A stretch of DNA of 64,000 nucleotides, taken from the NCBI GenBank assembly GCA_027623675.1, contig JAQBVF010000012.1, forward strand, positions 1 through 64,000, read 5' to 3'. A program made the translations under genes and the position numbers. This DNA comes from Chloroflexota bacterium. GTDB taxonomy: Bacteria > Chloroflexota > Dehalococcoidia > Lucifugimonadales > UBA3495. A model generated the notes under the pieces. That model did not search any database. It saw only the letters and a program-made list of their open reading frames with translations, and was not told the DNA's origin. This document shows positions 58,645 to 64,000 of the stretch, one piece after another (the first letter of the stretch is position 1; each line of letters begins with the position of its first letter).

Positions 58645-59520
58645 CTATAGGACCGCTTCCGCCACTTTTTCGATGGCGTCATGGGCCGACTTTTCGTCGG
58701 TGGTGTTCAGCATGTGGACCACCCGGTCGGCGCCGGAGTCGGCGAAGCGTCGGTTCATCTCCCGGTCGGCGGGCGCGTCCCACATGCTGATGTTCAGGAC
58801 CGACGCGTCCCGGCCCTTGGCGGTCATCAGCTCTTCGATGTGTCGGCGCGCTCCCGCGAGCTTGTCGGGGTCTTGGTACTGGGATGTGTTGCGGGCCCTG
58901 GGCAGCCAGCCGTCGCCGTAGTTGGCGATACGCCGGGCCGCGCTCTCCAGCTCGCCGCCAACGAACACGGGCGGGTGGGGCTTCTGCACCGGCTTGGGGG
59001 CGCAGACCAACGGCGGAAAGTCGATATATTCGCCGTGGTACTCGGTGATCTCCGTGGTCCAAAGCTCTTTCATCACTTCGATGTATTCCCTGGTCTGCTT
59101 CCAACGGTGGGGGAAATCCACGCCTAATATCTCCGACTCGCCCCTCAGCCAACCCGCGCCAACCCCAAAGAGGAAACGCCCTCCGGATATCTGGTCCAGC
59201 GTTGCCACCTCTTTGGCCAGGCGGATGGGGTTGCGCTCGGGGACCAGGCAGATGCCCGTGCCCAGCTTGATCTTGCTGGTGACCGTGGCGGCCCCGGCCA
59301 GAAATATCAGGGGGTCGATGATCTGGTTGATGCCGCCCTCGGCGTAGAACCGGGGGATGCCGCCCTGCCGCCCCTGGGGCGGGTCAACTTTGAAGTCGAT
59401 GGGCACGATGCCGTGTTCAGGCGCCCAAAGCGATTCAAAGCCCAGTTCTTCCACCTTGCGGGCCAGGTCTATGGTGTTGAAATCGTGCTGGGTCATTAAC
59501 AGGGCTATTCCGATATCCAT
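58645..59520 (-). CDS. LLM-class, probably F420-dependent oxidoreductase
   Basis: WAPEH, RNPIRLAKEVATLD..SGGRFLFGVGAGW, PKPVQKPHPP. Confidence 0.92.
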   Translation of the reverse strand: MDIGIALLMTQHDFNTIDLARKVEELGFESLWAPEHGIVPIDFKVDPPQGRQGGIPRFYAEGGINQIIDPLIFLAGAATVTSKIKLGTGICLVPERNPIRLAKEVATLDQISGGRFLFGVGAGWLRGESEILGVDFPHRWKQTREYIEVMKELWTTEITEYHGEYIDFPPLVCAPKPVQKPHPPVFVGGELESAARRIANYGDGWLPRARNTSQYQDPDKLAGARRHIEELMTAKGRDASVLNISMWDAPADREMNRRFADSGADRVVHMLNTTDEKSAHDAIEKVAEAVL

Positions 59521-59530
59521 GCTTCTCCTT

Positions 59531-59590
59531 GAAATCTTTTACGGGGAAATCTTTTACGGGGAAAACTTTTACGGGGAAAACTTTTACGGG
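59531..59590. repeat. 15-bp tandem repeat x4 abutting the LLM RBS
   Basis: GAAATCTTTTACGGG x2, then GAAAACTTTTACGGG x2. Confidence 0.95.
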
Positions 59591-59732
59591 AACCCGTCTA
59601 TGGCCTTAAATCCCGGACAGCCGGACAGATAATGGGGCGGATGATTCTGGGGCAAAGCAAGAGTCCCCCACTGCGTCGTGCAAAGGAGGACTCGTGATAT
59701 TCGTTTATGGCCCGTATCGAACCCGCCGGGGC

Positions 59733-59957
59733 CTAGGGGAACAGTTGCTCGCCGGTGTCGCCGTCCGTTACCGTGATCGCCGCCACTGGGCAGTTCTCGG
59801 CCGCCTCCAGGATCAGCGCTTCGGTGTCGCCGTCGGGGTCCGCGGGAGTTGCCTGCCGGTCCGCGTTCAGCTTGAAGGCCTTGGTAGCGATGGTGACGCA
59901 CATCGCGTTGCCCACGCACACATCGTGGTCGACGGATACCTGAATCTTTCTGGCCAT
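59733..59957 (-). CDS. Single-cluster ferredoxin (3Fe-4S / P450-type)
   Basis: CVGNAMC...CPVAAI. Confidence 0.9.
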   Translation of the reverse strand: MARKIQVSVDHDVCVGNAMCVTIATKAFKLNADRQATPADPDGDTEALILEAAENCPVAAITVTDGDTGEQLFP

Positions 59958-60117
59958 GTTGTCCACCCCGCATTTAGAGCGTTGAGATTGGAATCTTCCT
60001 GACGCTGCCTGCCTTTATCGCGTTGGTGATTGCGGCTGCATACCAGCCGAGTTGCCAGGGTGGGCGCATTCTAACAGTGGCCAATTAGGCGGTCAACCGA
60101 GTGTACTCGTCCGGGTG

Positions 60118-60960
60118 TCAGGACTTCCTTGGGGAGGCGCCGATGCTGCGGGCGAACTCGTCAAGTTCCTTGGCCAGTGCGTATACATCCACAGGTTCCC
60201 GGCTAGCCAGCAAGGCTTTGGTCCGGGGATCGGTGTAGGTGGCGGTATTGAAGATATCCTGAAGGTCTCCGGAAAGTAGATCGTTCAGGCCGCCTCCGCC
60301 GATCTGCAAGTCTGGGATGGCCTCCACCATGGTCCGCACCAACGGCTCGGGGGTGGACCGGCCGCGGCGATGGCCGTTGGGCGTGGAGATGCTAGACGCT
60401 TCCTGTGGGCGACCGGTGAGCGGAGGTCCAGTCTCAGGTTCGCCATCATCCAACGTGACAACCGCTTCAGCGTCCGTGGACTCTTCGCCGCCCTCCGATG
60501 CGGCAGGTCGAACCGGGTCTTCTCCCGGCTCATTGGCCTGATCAGCGGGTGCGGGCTCATTTGGAGCAGCCGAGGGAGTAGGCCGGGCAAAAATCTCCTC
60601 GACCAGTTTGGGGTCAACCGCATCCTCGCCGGCCTGGACCATGCGGCCCGGCGCAACCGGGGTTAGCCCTGGCATCGATTCCAGGTCTGGGCCGGGTGAA
60701 GGCGAAACGGCCGGGGCGATGGCCCCCAACGCCCGCAGGGCTTCAGCGGCGCTGTCGCTGGCCCTGTCGTTCCCCAGGGTTTTCGTGAAAACACGCTTTA
60801 GCACCCGGCCGAACGGGTTCAGTACGGGCGCCATAAACATCTCGTACTCCACCCGGCGAAAACCCGTGATTATCCGGCCCACGGAATAGGTGTCGTTGTT
60901 GAACAGGCGAGGGGTTCGCCTGATCACCGTCTTAACGTTTGGTAACAATGGCAGTCTCAT
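60118..60960 (-). CDS. Hypothetical protein downstream of arlJ, with a Pro/Glu-rich disordered middle
   Basis: RBS GGAG; low-complexity centre and helical C-terminus. Confidence 0.65.
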   Translation of the reverse strand: MRLPLLPNVKTVIRRTPRLFNNDTYSVGRIITGFRRVEYEMFMAPVLNPFGRVLKRVFTKTLGNDRASDSAAEALRALGAIAPAVSPSPGPDLESMPGLTPVAPGRMVQAGEDAVDPKLVEEIFARPTPSAAPNEPAPADQANEPGEDPVRPAASEGGEESTDAEAVVTLDDGEPETGPPLTGRPQEASSISTPNGHRRGRSTPEPLVRTMVEAIPDLQIGGGGLNDLLSGDLQDIFNTATYTDPRTKALLASREPVDVYALAKELDEFARSIGASPRKS

Positions 60961-61036
60961 GGTTGATACTCCGGTCTTTCATTTTTGCCGGCTAAGTGCC
61001 CTCAGATGGCTCCTAGCTCCTGGTTAGCAGCGGACC

Positions 61037-62593
61037 TTAGATGCAAAAGATCTTTCCGGTGACCACCGGCACGGCGGCCAGTACAAAGCCTGAAACCAGG
61101 CTCATCAGCGCAAAGTAGGAAACTATCTTCAGGTGGCTTCCCCCTGCCGCCGCCTTGGGGGCCAGGGAGTTGGCGATGGTCAGGATCACCACCACCACCA
61201 CGATCATCAACGTCACCAACCCCATGTCCTGGTTGCCGAACAGGTCGAGCCCGCCGGCCAATTCGCCCTGGGCCGGAAGCGACACACCCGGCGGGATTGC
61301 CAGCCCGTCGGGCACTGCGAAATCGGCCGATCCAGCGCCATCGAGCCCCGCCGAAGCGGAGCTCAACTTGGCGTTGAAGTTGGATATGATCTCCAGCACG
61401 AAGACCAAAATGAACGTCATGGTGGCATGCATCGGCAGGGTCAAGAACGAGAATGTGGATGCCGTGAGCGCCCGCTTGGCCCGCAGCTGCACCATTTTCA
61501 GGGCGTATGACGAGCAGATGTTGCCCACCTGGTCTGGCTGCCCGCCCAGTTCGGCGCCGTCCTCCATCATGTGGGTGGTGCGCTTGACCAACTCGCTGCC
61601 GGTCTCGGCCCTGAAGGCTTCCCAGCATTGCTGGGTGGGCAGGCGTGCCGCCAGTCTGACGTTCAGGCGGTCGATGTGCGGCTCCAGCGAACCCATCGAC
61701 TTGGTGTCGATCCGCTTCAGGGCTTCGGTTAGGGTCACACCCGAGGCCCCGGCGATGTTTCCCACGCTGCGGATGAAGGTGGGAAACTCGGTGTCCAGGT
61801 TGGACACGCTCCCGTCGTCCTTCCAGGCGTACCAACCGGCGGGCAACAGTGATACCCCGATGGCCAGGAAGGCGATGGCGCTGCCCATCATCAGTTCGAA
61901 TTGGGGCGCAATGACCAGAGCCGCGGCGATGCCCACCGGCCCCAGCAAGGCCAGGAAACGCCGTGCCTTCTTGCGGTTGGGGGTTAACGCCCCGTCGGCA
62001 TCGTAGGTGATCTGCTCCACGGGTGCGACCTTGTAGATGATGAAGACGCCCACCCCGGTGATGAAGAAGAGCGCGAAGCCCATAATCACGATGAAATTCT
62101 GGCCCAGAGAACCCATCATGGTGGAAACCAGCGACACCACCATGATCAGCGTCACCGAGATCAGGATGGCCGCGTAGGCGTCGGTCCACTTGCGAAGGTT
62201 CTCCACGCTGCGTTCGTATTCGTTGCCGTAACGCTCACCCTCGGTCTGGGCCTCTTGGATCATGAACTCCCGCTCCGACTCCCCCGATGATATGGAGGCG
62301 GCGAAACGAAGCAGCAGGCTCTTGATGCTGGAGGCACGGGCCTTCTCGGCGGCAAGCTGAAATGCCCGGGTGTATTCCATGCCCACCCGCTTAGCCATCA
62401 GGTAGATGAAATCGAAGAACACGGCCGTCTTGAATCTCTGGCAGGCGCAGTGCTCTAAGACCTGGTCTCTGGGCAGGCTGCCCAGGCTCAGGACCGACAT
62501 GTAGGTTAGATTCGAGAGGAGGTCGAACCCGACGTCCAGGTTATCGGAAGAGACCTTGTCTATAGGCTTGAGAGAGGATCCCATGGAGCTCAT
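61037..62593 (-). CDS. flaJ: Archaellum assembly platform protein ArlJ/FlaJ
   Basis: DLL..LTYMS, LLRFAASISSGESE.EF, two T2SSF-like halves (EFPTFIRSVG), multiple TMs; overlaps the arlI stop. Confidence 0.88.
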   Translation of the reverse strand: MSSMGSSLKPIDKVSSDNLDVGFDLLSNLTYMSVLSLGSLPRDQVLEHCACQRFKTAVFFDFIYLMAKRVGMEYTRAFQLAAEKARASSIKSLLLRFAASISSGESEREFMIQEAQTEGERYGNEYERSVENLRKWTDAYAAILISVTLIMVVSLVSTMMGSLGQNFIVIMGFALFFITGVGVFIIYKVAPVEQITYDADGALTPNRKKARRFLALLGPVGIAAALVIAPQFELMMGSAIAFLAIGVSLLPAGWYAWKDDGSVSNLDTEFPTFIRSVGNIAGASGVTLTEALKRIDTKSMGSLEPHIDRLNVRLAARLPTQQCWEAFRAETGSELVKRTTHMMEDGAELGGQPDQVGNICSSYALKMVQLRAKRALTASTFSFLTLPMHATMTFILVFVLEIISNFNAKLSSASAGLDGAGSADFAVPDGLAIPPGVSLPAQGELAGGLDLFGNQDMGLVTLMIVVVVVILTIANSLAPKAAAGGSHLKIVSYFALMSLVSGFVLAAVPVVTGKIFCI

Positions 62594-64000
62594 AGAAGTT
62601 GCTTATTCCCCTTTCGTGGAGTTTGCGCAGGACCACCGCTCTGGCGGTGATCTCGTCGTAAATGCGCCGAGTTTCCTTGGGCGGCAGGCCCCGCCGGATG
62701 CCCACCACATTCTCCAAAAGATAGGCGTTGTTGAAACCGGGGAACTCGAACTTGTCCGTTGCCGGGTTCCACCGGAAGACCTCTATGTAGTTGAACGAGT
62801 TGGTCTCGGTGTCGTAGGACACGATCTCGTTGATGCTCATCACCCGGCGGCCGGTGCTGCCGTCGGGCAGTCTCACCGCGCTCATGATGATGACCAGGTT
62901 CAGGCTGTCCACGTAGGTCTTGGGGATGTTAATGGGGTGCCCGGTCAGCCGCTGGATCAGTTTCTCCACCGACGATGCGTGGAACGTGGCCAGACAGGCG
63001 TGTCCGGTCTGCATGGCTTGGAAGGCGATGGCGCCCTCCTCCCCCCGGATCTCGCCGATTATTATCTCGTTGGGACGCTGCCGCATGGCCGCCTTTAGCA
63101 GGTCGAACATGGTGACCGACGAACTGCCGCCGGCGCTGCCGCGGACCACCTCACGGGTCCAGTTGGGGTGGGGCACCTGCAACTCGGCGGTATCCTCGAT
63201 GCTTACGATCTTGTGGTTGGGGGGTATGAGCGTGGTTGCCGCGTTCAGCAGAGTGGTTTTGCCCGAGGCCGTCTCCCCTGAGACAAAGCCGTTCATGCCG
63301 GTGCCAATCATCAGCGACAGGTAGGCGGCCATCTCGTAGGAGAGGGTGCCGCCATCGATCAGGTCGATGATGCTCATTGGGGTTGTCTTGAACTTTCGGA
63401 CGGTGAAGTTGCTGCCCCGTTTGGAAACGTCGCCGCCAAACACGATGTTGACCCTGGAACCGTCGGGCAGCACCGCGTCCACGATGGGGTCGCGCACGGT
63501 CACGGGCCGGCCGATCTTCTCCGACAGCTTGATGACGAACCGGTCCAACTCAGACTCGGTGTCGAAAGATATGCCCGCCTTCAGCCCGCCGAATATCTTG
63601 TGCTCCACGAACAGGGGGCCGACGCCGCTGCAAGATATGTCTTCGATGTAGGGGTCCAATATCAGGGGTTCCATGGCGCCCAGGCCCTCTTTGTCGCGGA
63701 CCATCAGGTAGCGCAACCCTTCCAGTTCCGCCTTGGTGACCCTGATGGCTTTGCGGTTCCGCATCCCGCCATTCACCGTGCAGATACGCTCCAGGCAGCT
63801 CAACAACACCTTGCTGCGGTCGTCGCCGTCGTCGGCCTTGAGTTCTTCGATATAGCTGATCAGCTTCCGGTCGACCTGGTCCATGAGACCAGGAACGTTG
63901 GGCCCCATGGACGGTTCTATGGCGATGTAGAAGTCCCGGCTGTCGCGTGGGTCGGGGTACAGGTGGATGAAGATGCCCTCGCTGACCGGGTAGATGATGT
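62541..64000 (-). CDS. flaI: Archaellum motor ATPase ArlI/FlaI (5'-partial)
   Basis: Frame open to the window edge (IIYPVSEGIFIH..YIAIEP), DPYIEDISCSG, GETASGKTT, IEDTAE, MRQRPNEIIIGEIRG, TGH...TFHA. Confidence 0.9.
   Translation of the reverse strand, partial: IIYPVSEGIFIHLYPDPRDSRDFYIAIEPSMGPNVPGLMDQVDRKLISYIEELKADDGDDRSKVLLSCLERICTVNGGMRNRKAIRVTKAELEGLRYLMVRDKEGLGAMEPLILDPYIEDISCSGVGPLFVEHKIFGGLKAGISFDTESELDRFVIKLSEKIGRPVTVRDPIVDAVLPDGSRVNIVFGGDVSKRGSNFTVRKFKTTPMSIIDLIDGGTLSYEMAAYLSLMIGTGMNGFVSGETASGKTTLLNAATTLIPPNHKIVSIEDTAELQVPHPNWTREVVRGSAGGSSSVTMFDLLKAAMRQRPNEIIIGEIRGEEGAIAFQAMQTGHACLATFHASSVEKLIQRLTGHPINIPKTYVDSLNLVIIMSAVRLPDGSTGRRVMSINEIVSYDTETNSFNYIEVFRWNPATDKFEFPGFNNAYLLENVVGIRRGLPPKETRRIYDEITARAVVLRKLHERGISNFYELHGILSQAYRQGLFR

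Noticed and set aside
59531..59590. 15-bp repeat as CRISPR
   Set aside because: Units are contiguous with no spacers and too short.
1..64000. tRNA, rRNA, integrase or IS elements
   Set aside because: No cloverleaf or rRNA signatures and no transposase or recombinase ORFs recognised; a tRNAscan/Infernal run would be needed to exclude them formally.

Overview
GC-rich bacterial chromosomal window. Its gene content points, by inference, to Chloroflexota/Dehalococcoidia and probably SAR202: five luciferase-like (LLM) monooxygenases, duplicated lipoprotein peptide-binding proteins, PAC2, giant FtsX permeases and archaeal-type flaI/flaJ. In order it holds: argC-nth; an Opp/Dpp ABC operon with two tandem substrate-binding paralogues; PAC2, SolA, SMP-30, class IV aminotransferase and CMD genes; a 46-aa DUF5679-like zinc-ribbon gene missed by the ORF track; a cobamide salvage cluster (cobC-like, cobQ, cobU, pduX); a small accessory patch (orphan hicB, hypothetical, mrr); a CoA-transferase; an atypical SDR; a 4-gene giant ABC exporter; an LLM cluster containing a UGSC selenoprotein operon; a hicA pseudogene plus hicB; Zn-ADH; tldD/pmbA; an orphan TRAP dctP; a benzoate-CoA-ligase-like pseudogene; a multi-GAF hybrid kinase; a ferredoxin; and the distal end of an archaellum (arlI-arlJ) locus. 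The most notable observations are: (1) an in-frame UGA in a D-U-G-S-C motif followed immediately by a clear SECIS-like hairpin; (2) archaellum motor genes in a bacterium; (3) a NusA-N-terminal-like segment inserted in the OppC permease loop; (4) a triplicated in-frame 66-bp gene 3' end whose core differences are all synonymous; (5) three tiny ORFs that overlap stop/start codons at both ends and bridge operon genes. No rRNA, tRNA, CRISPR array or transposase was recognised. All family calls come from motif recognition by eye, not database searches.
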